A stretch of 63,949 nt of DNA, filler included, from Perkinsus chesapeaki ATCC PRA-425 (lineage: Eukaryota; Protista; Perkinsozoa): NCBI GenBank assembly GCA_013115145.1. It is 10 parts of 10 records of this genome, joined end to end, with 100 filler letters (N's around TTAATTAATTAA, not from the genome) between each part and the next. Parts side by side here need not be neighbours in the genome. Positions count along the whole stretch, not along the records: positions 35,100 to 39,070 come from JAAPAO010001336.1; positions 39,171 to 42,402 come from JAAPAO010001444.1; positions 42,503 to 54,313 come from JAAPAO010000837.1; 7 more parts are not named here. One strand, 5' to 3'. A model generated the notes under the pieces. It saw only the letters and a list, made by a program, of their open reading frames with translations. It did not search any database and was not told the origin of the DNA. Positions 35,608 to 48,289 of the stretch are shown here, piece by piece (the first letter of the stretch is position 1; each line of letters begins with the position of its first letter). The translations under genes and the position numbers were made by a program.

Positions 35608-36856
35608 TAAGGTCTCAAAAGGGAAAAGGACTTATCAATAGGTTATGGAATCCAACAAACCAAAGCACCTTAACCTATCTACGAGGGCCTGCCTACAGCC
35701 CTAACACTTATGCTGATTAACGACGGCCATAGCTCGGCCCGAGCAAAGCACGCGTGCGCTTGAGCACGCAGACACATAAAGAGATAAAGACTGATGATTA
35801 TTGATGGACGAGCCCACTTCTGATCATCCAAAGAAGCTCCTCACTGAGGGGCGTTGACACAATGTAAGAGAATGCGCCCAGAGAATGTGGATACGGTAAC
35901 CCACGGTGCGAATTTCATATCAGACTGACGTTTTCAATCTGAATCACAGTCATTCCTCCGGCGAACCATTTGAGGTTGCTAGTTCACGATGTTCGAGACT
36001 GCTGGAATCCTCTGGAAAGAGCGAGCTTTTATGCTGAGCAAATAGCTCGTCAACGAAGTTCTACCCCACCCAACTTCCCGGCGTCACATAAACGGTAGTC
36101 GAGCACCCCATCTCACCATAGAACGTCAAACTAATGAGTGAAGCGCTATCGCTTAGGACGCTTGGGCTAGAGTGCTTAGAGGACCATTAAAGCCTTCTCA
36201 GGTCCACGGCCCCCCAATGCCACCCAGGGAAGGACGACAGGCAACGAAATTATGATGCATAGATATGATACTCAATGAATACGTGTGAATTAATTTTGCA
36301 AGGTGTACGCATGACAGCTGTGGAATAGGCCGATTCTGCGATTAGGCTTTATAGTTTATTCAGAATGGAACGAGAATCATTCGCCGAAATGCGGCGCTCG
36401 AGTAACGCATGCATAATATCAAACTGGCATGCAGAAGACGCAGCCGCAGGTAAGGCCCTCTCAGCACTCGGCGTTCTATCACCTCACCCGCTGGAACCAA
36501 ATGATAAACCAAGCACTCAAGTATGCGCACGTCCGCCCTATGCTTTACCTACTATCTCCCATGTCGGATGCTCTACACATTGCTACTTTACAGGGAATTG
36601 TTTCCGACGAAGGATTACTTGAACCCAACTGACGCTTAGTCGATGTCATCGGCGGATGAAATGATTGCCTCACATTCCCGCCTCGCTATGTTCTGAGTCT
36701 TGAGATGAAGGCTGAGCTATACATCGTGCATAATGAACCCCTAGCTATCAGTCCGGAAGCTGTGCAGCTTTGCTCACCGGAACATAGTTCGTTTAAATCT
36801 TTCTACAGCCGAGGACTTCCATTTTCTTTTAGTTAGTCATTAATCGTGTTGGAACA

Positions 36857-37567
36857 ATGTTCAAGTTGTTAGGGATTGTATGGTGGCTAAGCACCGTTGC
36901 TGTATCCGTTACTGTTGGAGATACCACGTACGATGACAGAAGGTGGGAATATCGATAATACATCTTGTCATTCAGTTTCATCAAATTGCTTTAGGCTGGG
37001 AGGCAATAGAGAACCGAACTACGAAGGTGAAGAAAGTTCGAGGGTGCAAGATAAGGTCTCCTCCCCCACGGACGCTCTCAGATGCTTACTATCCCCCCGA
37101 CACTATTTGTCTGGAAGGCCACGATCCCAACCGCTCGGGAGACGTTGTTAGATGTAACTGCACTTTTAGTAACAAAGAGTATCCCTACTGCACTGTAATG
37201 ATGGGATACTATTAACTCTTAAATATTGTCATGCAACACGGTTTCACTATCGATGCTTCAGACCTTATCCGGTCACGAGTGGACGCAGAAGCCCTGGAAG
37301 GGTAAGGAAATCTGGGATTACTGCGTGTGCAGTTCAAGGTGCGAGAAAGACTCTGACTGTCCGCCAGCACCCAAAGACGGCAATGCCCGTGCATACTGCT
37401 GTCACGGTAATTGCCTACTCGGCTGCGCAGTAAGTTCCGTAATATCATATGGCCGTTACGTGTGCGTGCTTTAGAATTTTAAGCAATGTCCGGAGGGTAT
37501 GCATTGCCGCCTCAGCGCCTCACACAAGTGGACCATTGACTGCTATTACGACAACAAATGGTGGTAG
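36857..37567 (+). CDS. Secreted cysteine-rich protein, 163 aa; exons 36857-36942, 36995-37026, 37082-37194, 37262-37429, 37475-37567
   Basis: Signal-peptide-like MFKLLGIVWWLSTVAVSVTVG. Four GT-AG introns give one frame containing CVCSSRCEKDSDCPPAP...YCCHGNCLLGC...CPEGMHC...W..DCYY. Confidence 0.75.
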
Positions 37568-38508
37568 AGAATGGCGTCCTCTTAACTACTTCAACCGGCC
37601 GCTGAACGAGAAGCCATAATTTCTGGTCCAGAAGGTCTATCTATGCTACTACGATAACTTTATTCAACAATCAAGAAGTTGATTGAATCAACAACTTCTA
37701 CCACTTTGATCTGTTGCGTTCCAAATGCATTGAATACAATTTATGAAGGTTTGCGGCAGTTTGACGATGCCCACGCTAAACCGCGGCTAGTGCATGCGAT
37801 GGTAACTTGTAGCACGGGTGAACGCAGCGCGAAAAGGTTAGCGCAATATGACCGATTCTCAAGTATGGGTGAGCACACTTTTGAAGGTGCGTTATTTTTG
37901 TATACAAGAATGTCCATTGTGCTGGTCGGTTTCACTTCATGGCATTCGAGACTGGCTGCGACCAATATTACCACCAATGAGTCGGCAAAGTGGCGAACTC
38001 TGCTAAACGGTCTCTTTATGATCACTTCAAGAAGGAGAATAGGGAGTCAGAGCTTGATGAGCTTAGAACGTTTACGACAAGGGTTCTGTGCTGGCTAACT
38101 GGCGAGATGTTCTATGGGATCGTAGAGACACCCGTACTCTAGTCGATGAGGTGTCTCAACTGTCTCCTCCGTCCGGAGGTTCGGTCCGCCCTTTCGCTCA
38201 GACCCACCAAAGACTTATCGATAAGGACAGTTTCTATGTGTTGTCGCCACCCGAGAGATTAACAAACCAAGTACTACAACACAAGCGTTATGATGCCACT
38301 CCACACACAAGTTTAACAACTACTGGTTTATGATGATTAGATCTATAATTCAATGAGGCCTCCAACTGATACCGCGGCCACAACTCACCAACGAACCTAT
38401 AAAGGCAACAAGTCCAGATCAGGGATTTCTTCAGTCTCATAGAAATTTGCTCTTCAAGGGCCAAGAATTAAGAGATAGCGTCCCTATCGCGAAGATATGA
38501 TTGAATTT

Positions 38509-39070
38509 TCAATACGCCCTTGAAGCTGAAGGAGACTTCGGAGGCATTCCTTCTGGAAAATTTGGGATTCCTGCATGAACCGGTGTACCAGATGCCCTTC
38601 AGCGTGTGCAATTCTCACCCTTGAGTGACTTCGGGTTTGCCCATTCGCTACTCAAATAGGAGTCATCATCATCGTTATTGAGAGCCTTCTGTTCTTCCTG
38701 CTTTTTATAATAATAGTGCAACATCGCTTTGTGTGTCTCTTCATCCACCTACGTATCATTTCCTAACATCCCGAATGGCCTCTACTCTTACCCTAGGTTC
38801 CCGCACTGGTGCCCCTTGTGCAGAGGCCATCAGCTTGACGATAATCTTTGTTTTCTCGTTCTTCCCTGTATAATCTGACAACGTCTTCCCCGTCTCCAGC
38901 TCTTTACCAGCCCACCAGAGTGAAGACTGTGAGGACTCGAGGACGTCCTGGCATCAACAGCTTATTCAGAGATTAGCAATACTCAAGAATAACTATGGTA
39001 ACTGCCTAGTTTCGCCCTCAAGATTCTTTTGAAGTCACTTCGTCCTCACCTGGTTCTCTGACTGCCCATC
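38509..39070 (-). CDS. CFAP298: Cilia- and flagella-associated protein 298 (C21orf59 homologue), 5'-partial; last exon uncertain
   Basis: Spliced exons read SLWWAGKELETGKTLSDYTGKNEKTKIIVKL...GAPVREPR|VDEETHKAMLHYYYKKQEEQKALNNDDDDSYLSSEWANPKSLK, the conserved CFAP298 C-terminal region. Confidence 0.88.
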
Positions 39071-39170
39071 NNNNNNNNNNNNNNNNNNNNNNNNNNNNNN
39101 NNNNNNNNNNNNNNTTAATTAATTAANNNNNNNNNNNNNNNNNNNNNNNNNNNNNNNNNNNNNNNNNNNN

Positions 39171-40381
39171 ATCCTTTGACCATACCAATATAATGCATTC
39201 TCATATGAATATGATCCTGGCATACCCATATGCCTTTGTTGATCTCTATGACCCATCCATCTTGATCCAACTAGCAATCGTTGGAATTTATTAAGATTAT
39301 TATGTAACTTTGTAGTAGTAAGTCCACTTTTATTCGTATGACCAAATGCTTCAAGTAAGTGCCAATGTTCCCAATCTTTTACTGTATCTTCATTTGCATC
39401 ATTACTCTCATAACCAAATATATTAACCGTTTCATTTAAATAACCAAAACGTAATATTGTAACCCATATTGGATATAAATTATCATACATAAAATGACCA
39501 ACATTAAATGCCCATAATGTACCGAAATAGGCACTAATACCATCAATATATGATGCTGATGACCCTATGATGCTGCTGCTAGTCATATTAATTATCGGTG
39601 AGTTCAGATCAGATTCTGTTATTGAATATTCCCATTCCTTCAATAATGATGATGTATCAACCGTTGATGATGATGATGATGAAAGATTCAAGAATACAAC
39701 TGTTGGTTTGAACAGTCTTCTACCTTTCGGGCCTCGAGAGCAACCTTTAATAAGATTATTAATACTATCCTCAGTAACAGGTATACCAGTATTATCATGA
39801 TGATTAGTATTAGTATTATTATAATTAATAGCATAACCATTATAAGGTGCTCTCATTATATAACCTCTTAATATTGGATCTAATGGTAATATAATATAAA
39901 ATTCATCATTAGTTTTATGATAATATATATTATCAAATGCACAAGATCTATTTCTATGCCAACCAATACATTGTATTCTTGACCATTCAATATTATTATC
40001 ATTCATATATGATGCTCCTCCTGATGATGATGATATCGTTGATGATGATGATGTTATTGGGGATATATATTCGATATATGTTGGCCTACCACTCATATTA
40101 TCAGTTAAATTACCACCAGTAGTAATATTATTATTATTATAATCATTTAACTCATGACGCGATGGTGGTGATGATGATGATAATATACCATATCCACTTA
40201 TAACAAGGGGCTTCCCATTATACATGAGATATAATTGAAATAATATTACAAGAATAAAGATAAATAACCATTTTAATAATATTAATAGTTTTTTAATATT
40301 ATTATTATTGCACAGTAGCTTATTGATGATAACTATGCTACTACTACGACCATTATTTAGTGATGATAAGATATGAGCCAT
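39171..40381 (-). CDS. Type II membrane glycosyltransferase-like protein (GT61/DUF563-like), 3'-partial
   Basis: N-terminal TM (LLILLKWLFIFILVILFQLYL), Ser/Asn stem, then SCAFDNIYY, FNVGHFMYDNLYPIW and FQRLLVG motifs resembling GT61 proteins. Confidence 0.6.
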
Positions 40382-40499
40382 ATTCCAATATATGGCTAGT
40401 TATTAGTAAACAGAAAAGAGGCGATAATAACAATAATAATGCTATGGCTCCATAACACAATCATTATGTAGACAATAACACAACAACAACAACAACGTC

Positions 40500-41660
40500 A
40501 TCACTAATAAGACAATATCATCATCAGCAACATGCTGCTGTGTTGGTGTTATTCTATACTATTATTATAAAAGCCTTGGTTGGCGGGCGAATATGGTAGC
40601 TATACCTGTAGGGAATCTGATAATAATAGATAATAGATAGAGGGAGGGAGGATAATATAACCTATGTCCAGCTGCTGGTAGTAAAGGCATTAAACTTGGA
40701 TCACTATTAATTATCTCCGATATACCATTCCTGGGAACCTTCCTACTACTACTTGATGATGATGATGATGTGAATCTATCTGGTGATATTTTAATAATAT
40801 TATTATTATCCTGTGATTTAGTAATATCATTATTATCATCCTAAAAATATTATATAATACTAATTATTATTGTTTATAACCTTCATTCTTGTATATTCCT
40901 TTAACCATGATTGACGTTCTTTAAACTTTAAAAATGAATCAGGAAATGAAGAATCAAGATACTTTGGCATCGGTATGCTACTACTATTACTAGTGGTGGT
41001 ATTATTATTTATTAATATCAATGAGTTATAGGCTTCAGGATACTGCATAATAACTATAATATTTAAATAATAATTATTATTATAACATTTATATTAAATT
41101 ACCATCATTATTATATTCCATCTTATGATGATGTTGATTATTCTTGTGGCTTGATGATAATGTCCAATCATCATCATCATCAGGGGTGTTATATATACAT
41201 TTATTAAGTATAGCTAAACTAGGTAATGATTTAGTAATATCTGTTTTGGTATACTTCCTATATATTATAAAATCAATTAACAATAAATAATAATATTACT
41301 ATTACATTCCTTTTATTATACTTAATGGTATTGGTGATGAGTGTAATAATTTCTGTGACTTCATTATTCGTTTAAAAGGATACTAATACTCAATATAATG
41401 ATTATAATATTATATATTACTACCTCTTCTTCATCATTACCAATCCTTCTTCCTACTGCTGTTGTTGTTGTTGTTGTTGTTGTTGATGGTGATGTATGAT
41501 ATACACCATCTATTATACTTCTTGATGTGGTATTCAGTCCTATTCTTACCTAAATCCAATTATCAAATATCTAAATAATAATAATAGCATCAACTATTAT
41601 TATTATTATTATTACATCTTCATACTTCCTTTCATGTACTGGTATAAATGGCATTATTAA
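40500..41660 (-). CDS. Probable multi-exon, AT-rich low-complexity hypothetical gene
   Basis: Protein-like blocks (MPFIPVHERKYED; KYTKTDITKSLPSL...; QYPEAY...KERQSWLKEYTRMK|DDNND...) separated by AT-rich GT..AG introns. Confidence 0.35.
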
Positions 41661-41833
41661 CTTGAAATAAATAACAACATCAACATCATCAACAAGCACA
41701 ACATCAACAAGCACAACAATAATGATGATAATGAATAATATGGATAGAGTTCCGGTTGTGAGGATTCACCGGCGGTGTCAGTAAGACGAAGGCAATAATA
41801 ATACTACGCTTTATGCTGATTGTTATAAATACA

Positions 41834-42402
41834 TCAACAAATACATTTTTCAGGTTTAATTGGGCTTATATAAGGGCAATTTGGAGGTGATATTTTTAAA
41901 AGAAGCTGCAGACTTTCATCATTACTCAGATGCCCTACCACTCCTTGCTTATATCTTCTATTCCTTTCATCTTCTAATGTTTTCTGTCTTACCTTAGCCA
42001 TATAAGGTATATTATTATCATAACATGTCTTATTAAATGCTATATGATCATTTATATCATCTTGTGTAAGGATACTATTCCAACGTTTAATATTAATAGG
42101 GCAATGTATTAACGTTGAATCATCGGGATCTATACAACCTATATTACTCCAAGCTGGACCAATACCAAAATAATCAATCCATGAACAATATTCGCAATGA
42201 TATCTTATCTTATTAGATTGACCAGGTAATGCACCACCGTTCATTGAATCACTTAATGAACTACAATCATCAGAGCTATCAGCACAATATCTTTCATATG
42301 ATAATGATGTTGGTGATAGACCATCATTATATGGTCGTGGTATAGGATAACCATTATTAAATAAATTAATACCTTTATTAATAACATCAATAACACCTTC
42401 AC
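41834..42402 (-). CDS. Cys-rich C-terminal part of a gene whose 5' end lies in the gap
   Basis: Open from the gap to the stop at 41834 (...CEYCSWIDY...PPNCPYISPIKPEKCIC*). Confidence 0.5.
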
Positions 42403-42502
42403 NNNNNNNNNNNNNNNNNNNNNNNNNNNNNNNNNNNNNNNNNNNNTTAATTAATTAANNNNNNNNNNNNNNNNNNNNNNNNNNNNNNNNNNNNNNNNNN
42501 NN

Positions 42503-44566
42503 ATCCGGCATATGTCAACCATTGGACCTATGCCAGTGGACTGTTTGGAGGCTTAAGGTTATTAGAAATTAAAGAGTAGTCAAACTAATAGTTTGTATAC
42601 TGCTACTATTACTATATATTATATTCGTATAGTTCGTATTTTGTGTATGACTAGTCATCGTGCGAGCAGTTTTGGGGTCTATCACAGCAACGGTCGCAAT
42701 ATATTCAGGAAGAAAATTATATATATTGATATCGTATACCTCGGTCATCACGTAATCCGGGAATACGTAGATTGGGTAGATGGGATATAACGGTTTTATT
42801 GAGATTTTAGGTTTATACATTCGAGCCTACCCCGGCCAAAAAGCATAGGATAATAAAAGCTATAAAGAAGAGGAATATGGAGGGAATAGTGGAGTTCCAT
42901 CAGGCTGCCATAACGGATAAAACGGGTAATAAAAATAGGAGGGAAGGCGGGGGCGGCTTAAGTTAGTTACTGTTATGGTTGATAACTCTTCGACTAAATC
43001 GATTTGCCATGGAACTGGCCTCAGGTACAGTGAAGTTGCATTTGGAATGTGCCCACTGGAAGCAGCAATCAAAGGATGGTTGCATATCAAGCCAACAGGG
43101 TACTTTATACGGCCCTACTTGTGGTGGCTCTTATCGGGTCGCGTAGGTGTACATGAAATATGGGAAAGGACAGCTCTTCCATTAGTAACCTATTTCCCTT
43201 ACTAAAAGTAATGCGTTTCAAGATGGCTGTTTTCTGAGAGCCTCTTTTAAACTACCAGCGTCGTTCGTTTCGCTCAAACCGATCTCAATTCTTTATACAG
43301 TAGTTAGCATTGAACCAGTGTTGCCAACACTTTCCCGGACCAGTGTACACAGATACCGTAGGAGCACCGCCGCCATGGCGAAGTCAGGAGTTTTTTGATA
43401 AGTATTCTATAGAAGTGCCAGTAAACTAATGCCAGAGTAGCATCGGTTAAGGGTGTCCTATTAGGCTTATAGACTGGACGAGCCGGGCTTAATTAAGGAA
43501 CATATAACGTTGCTGAAGGTCGATGTCCAGGGCCATGAATATCAGGCAGGGCGCGCGCTTTTGTTTCGATTACCGGAGATATTTGAAAAATAATGGCGCA
43601 GGTTTTGAAGGGCGCGGAACGTATTTTACGTGAAGATCCGCCGGACATGCTGCATTTGGTGTTTAGTCCGCAATTGATGAGACAAAATAATAACGGTAAT
43701 ATTGGGGGACAGCAACACAAAGAGGGGGACAGCAGCACAAAGGGGGTATTTGGTTACTGGCAATACTTATTACTATTGGCTGATTATTGAATATACGTTG
43801 TGCAGGATTGAATGTGTACATCTGCTAGTGGAATCTCAGCCATTATTGAGAAGCCACTTGCGTAAAAAGAATCTCATAACGACTTCATGGCTTCGATGGT
43901 TTTTGAGCATCTCCGTTGGAGCTTATCACATTTTCGGGTTTCGGGGTTTTAAGACTTCTTGGCCGACTTTCAATCGTCTGGGAAATGTTCAGGTCTGGAA
44001 GGGTCGGATATGTTGCAGTACATCTACTCATTTGGATACATATGCTTTGATTGTGCAGCATTCACTCCACCAGAGCTGGCTAAAGGCAAAAGGGATATAA
44101 AAAGGTTATACTACGGGCGTCGTTAAATTGAGTTTCAATTTAAAGTCGCTTTAAATCTGCCCTACCATTTTGGCCCAAACATTTTCCGTAGAAGAAGCAA
44201 GTTTAGTTTGATCGCATGACGCGTAGTTGTTTCGTGGGGGAACTATTCACAGTAGCTCTTCACCTCTGAACCGAGCTCACCATTATGGCGCACGGCAACT
44301 GGATGCTGTCTCTTTCGACTCGTCGGTCTCGGCTTATCAGAACTGTTTTTAATGTGTATGAGAGGATGAGTGGAATAGGTGTTCAATATGTTCAAATTCG
44401 GCCGTCTTTCTGTCGCTTCATGGCAAACTGTGGTATGTCGTTTTACCCTCACATGTGTAGCTATCATACGTTCTTCGGGACTAATCCGTATAATGGAGAG
44501 GTAGATGATACGGGATCGGGCAAAGGGGACCATGGTCAGTGGACGGACATACTGTGTGTTATTTGA
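42503..44566 (+). CDS. FkbM-family SAM-dependent methyltransferase, multi-exon, 5'-partial
   Basis: Exons give LGHH|VYTFEPTP...VEFHQAAITDKTG, AYRLDE...HITLLKVDVQGHEYQ|VLKGAERIL, LQYIYSFGYICFDC, and the end GQWTDILCVI* (44566). These are typical FkbM motifs (FEP, K.DV.G.E..VL.GA). Confidence 0.8.
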
Positions 44567-44648
44567 AGATGTCAATGCAGTTATTTCTGTTTGGGAATTT
44601 GTCGCGTTATAGTGGATAAGCAGTGTGTAGTTTGGTTAGCCTTTCCAA

Positions 44649-47537
44649 ATGCTTTCTGTTACCTATGGTAATGAGGGAAGCGTTTCGAATGGTGAGGTTT
44701 TGTCGAATACATTACTGAACTCGGCTCATCATGAACAGATGTATAATAGGCAACTGGTTCTGCCAGGGGATGTCATACATGCTGAAAAGGGCTATCTAAA
44801 GGTAGTAGCTGGGGAAGTGTTAATGTTGGAATAGAAATAAGGAAATGAACTAGTACGTATCTCCAATTATGCTGTGATGCGACAGTGTGTCATGCCATGG
44901 AGGCGTCCTCCCAGCAAGATTCGGGCCGTATGGTTTAATAGGCGTACTTGCACTTCCAAGCGGAAAGCCATCACTGTTGATTATTTCATTAGGGTCGTGG
45001 GCTACTAGTGGACCCAGTAGATGGGCAGTTGGTAGCAACTGTTAGGGGCGTACTGGAGAGGGTTAATAAGCTACTCTATATACGGCCATTGAAGGTAATA
45101 TGGTTATTCAAGACTAGGGTAAGGTTTATTAACAGAGCCGATACACTGGGGAAGTAGGCGATGTTATAGTAGGCCGTGTAGCGGAAGTGGGAGGCGACCG
45201 GTGGATGTTGGATTATGGCGGGTAAGTGGCACAGGTTCGATTCTCGGGCTTGGCATTTTTAATATCAGCGGAGGGTCATTGGCGTCCTTGCCTATTGGTG
45301 GTGTAAACCTACCTCAAGGAGAACAGCGTCGTAGAACGGATACGGATAGGATGAACATGCGATCGATGTTTACTGAGGGAGATCTTGTTAGTGCCGAGGT
45401 GGGGGGAGGGGTGTGAGTGATTCATTGTGAATAATGCTCACAGTCACTGAAGCAGTGAATTTGTTGTGCGTCCAATTTTGCCTGAACTGAGTCCGGACGC
45501 ATAATAAGCTCTATACTTATAATAGTAATTATTCATATATAACTATTTATATATACTAATAATAATAATAATACTAATAATAATGATTATTTATTTACTT
45601 ATAATAGGATAATGAACTGCTGTGATGGTATTGAAGGTGATATATAGCATATTTCGCCCCTTGCTGATTGATGTAAAGAGTGGGTTTGTTCAGCTTCAGA
45701 ATGTATGTATCTCGCCGACTAGTAATATTCAAATGACTATAGTGCTTGTAGTTTAACAATTGAGCAGCACATCAGTACGTTGATAAATTGCTATCTATGA
45801 TGATTCTAAAATGGCACTGAACGAAAACTCTGTTGGATCTGGCTCCGCTTGGATGAGCTCTTACCGTCACTAATCTCTTGTGGGGCACCGCTGAAGTCTC
45901 ATCCTTGCCTCAATCGATCCATGCCTTCTCCTCGACTTCAGCAGTGGATGGTCGTTTCTACATTTATTGTGTAGATACAAAAAGTGGTGTCGGATTCGGG
46001 TGCTGTTATATTACATACCAGAAGCGCAAAGTACGGGAAGTTATATAATGGTCAAATGGTTCGAGGTGAGCCCAGCGGAGGGTTGCCAGCGAGACCGGTG
46101 GAATCTTTCAGTTTCTTCGACGTTGGTTCGGAGGCAGTCCTCGCATATTGTTGAAAACTTACCGGCGCCTTTCGACCATGTAAGGGGATAGAGTTTGTGG
46201 TGACATCTCCGGGAAAGAATGGTCATCAGTGCTACTGCTTTAGTTACAAGTGGTCCTTGGCTTGAACGGATGGATCTGGGTTGGTATGCGACCGAAGCAA
46301 TCGGGCCATATACAATCTATTAACTTCACTCAGACCGAGAAAGGGTAACTATTCTTCACGGCTGTCTCAGGGTCTTATGGTGTCTTAGGTATCAAGATGT
46401 TGACCAAGGTTCTAGGAAGGCGATAGCTCTGCTTTGCGCTTGTGTAGGTCTATTATTCATGGCGCCTGTCTCGATTGTTCCTTGGAACGTGCTATTTTTA
46501 CGAGTTATTTTGAATCTTATGATTGAGGGTAGCGTTTACACCGCGAAACCTATTTGTTTTCTGATGAACAACAGAGCTGGTTCGTTGATCAATGTGTATC
46601 CTAGATTCTTTAGTCCAGATATATGTTTCTTAAAACTGATTATAAATCTGTATTTCCTCCGTAAAGTTTCAAAGTCAAGCTCCTAGTCACCCGGGAGGAA
46701 CGCGAGCAAACTCTCAATGGTTATCGGAGTTGCAATGTTCACATTGGACGGGAAAATCCTTGAACGTTTTTCAACAATGGACAATATACACATTCTGGTG
46801 AAATTCTTCTTCTTCGCGAAGTAGTGATGAAGAGTACTACTGCTATATAAACTTCACGTCGGGTTGGCACCTTAGCTTCTGGCTCAGTTGTTTCTCTACT
46901 CTTCCCGCATCTTCTCTGTTCTCAGATAGAAGCTCTTGGTAGCACTTTCACGGAGGTTACAGTGGACTCAATGCTCGCTGTGGTGGATGCAGCCAGGCGG
47001 AGAGGCTTGGAGGGCAAAGACTTCTTGTAAGATAATCTCCTCCTTGGTCCCTTGTCGTCTAGTCTATCGCCCTGCTGGTTCATTCAAGCCATTGTAAATC
47101 GCTGATTACTGAACTGCACGTTTTCATCCCAAAGTGATTCAAGTAATTGATTTGTTTCCTACACCGTGGTGGGAGTATTTCCGCCTTACCATCAAATGAA
47201 TGCTTAGAAATAATGTGCAGTTTGAACTGGGTCTCAGCTCGCTCAGTATTGACGCCATGGTCCTCTCACAGAAACCTTGGGCATCCGAAATGGTACGGAA
47301 AAGCATCATATGCGATGTCCGCGAAACAGCACCGGCATTCTTTCTGTGAACGCTGGATACTCTTCTATTATTCCTGCTTATCACTAATGGTATCGGGTTT
47401 GCTGAGACCCTTTTTGTTTCAGAGTTCCCGGCGTGGCTGCGGAATGTGCGAACGAAGCCAGAGATGTTTTGGCTGGTCGGAAAGTGGTTTATGATGATGA
47501 AGATGATGATGAACCGATGAAAGATGCAACCGACTAG
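44649..47537 (+). CDS. RRP4: Exosome complex component RRP4 (EXOSC2), multi-exon
   Basis: LVLPGDVI; VATVRGVLERVNKLLYIRPL; RYTGEVGDVIVGRVAEV; VNLPQGEQRRR..MR..F.EGDLVSAEV; LHTRSAKYGKL; VVLGLNGWIW. Final exons IEALG...KDFL|VPGVAAEC...KDATD* (stop 47535-47537). Confidence 0.93.
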
Positions 47538-48289
47538 AGCTTCGAGCTGTATTGAATCCCAACGTTTATCAGTCCGATGGTGCCGCATTTGGTTGTCAAT
47601 CTATGAGGGAAGTATTCGTTGAGGTTGTGCTCGAAGATACAGAATAACGCGATGCGCCGAGAAGTCCCCGCGGCGCTCGCCCGGCATTTTAAGGCGAACG
47701 GCGTCAGACTTCGAGCGAATAACATTTCCGGGGCCCGTATTTTGGAAAGTGGTGCTCTTGTTTCTCGTCAGAGGGCTCCCAACGTTGCTTACTGCTGTCC
47801 ATTCTTGATGAACTATGCTGGAGGTTGAGCCTTACCCAGCAGAGACATACATGAGCCTCTTCACGTGAAAATTTTCACCATTGCCTGCCACCTCGCTTCG
47901 GAGGCTGTAGGAAGTGAGCACAGTTCGAGTAAAACACTTGACAGGATATCAATTTCACCACATGCGTATCGCTCCTCTGTTGGCTCTGACTATTCCCACT
48001 ACTGCTATCAAACTTGGATCTCTTCGTCGTAGCCCCTCACCGAACATCGAGGCTCCTCCTCTTAAAGTACTAGCGTTCGATTATTGACACACAGTGGATT
48101 TAGGCCGACATCGAAGATGAACCAGAAGGCAAATGTCGTCTGTTGTTGAAAGATGTAGATGTTTCGTTAATCGCCAGGGAAAGCCAGGCTTACAGTAGCT
48201 GCTCCTATAAGAAAAGGTAAAGTACTTGCTGGCATGCTACTAGTTGCGATGCTTTATTTTAGCCAAACCACGACTGGACCCGCCGTTAC

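Noticed and set aside
43704-43743. 20-bp direct repeat GGGGGACAGCA(A/G)CACAAAG(A/G)
   Set aside because: Two copies only, within or near an FkbM intron; ordinary slippage duplication.
45233-45248. GGTTCGATTC T-loop-like motif
   Set aside because: No T-stem or other tRNA arms; lies in a short RRP4 intron.
45399-45974. Initial impression that RRP4 was truncated after the S1 domain
   Set aside because: The KH-domain exons resume at 45975 after a long intron; the gene is complete.
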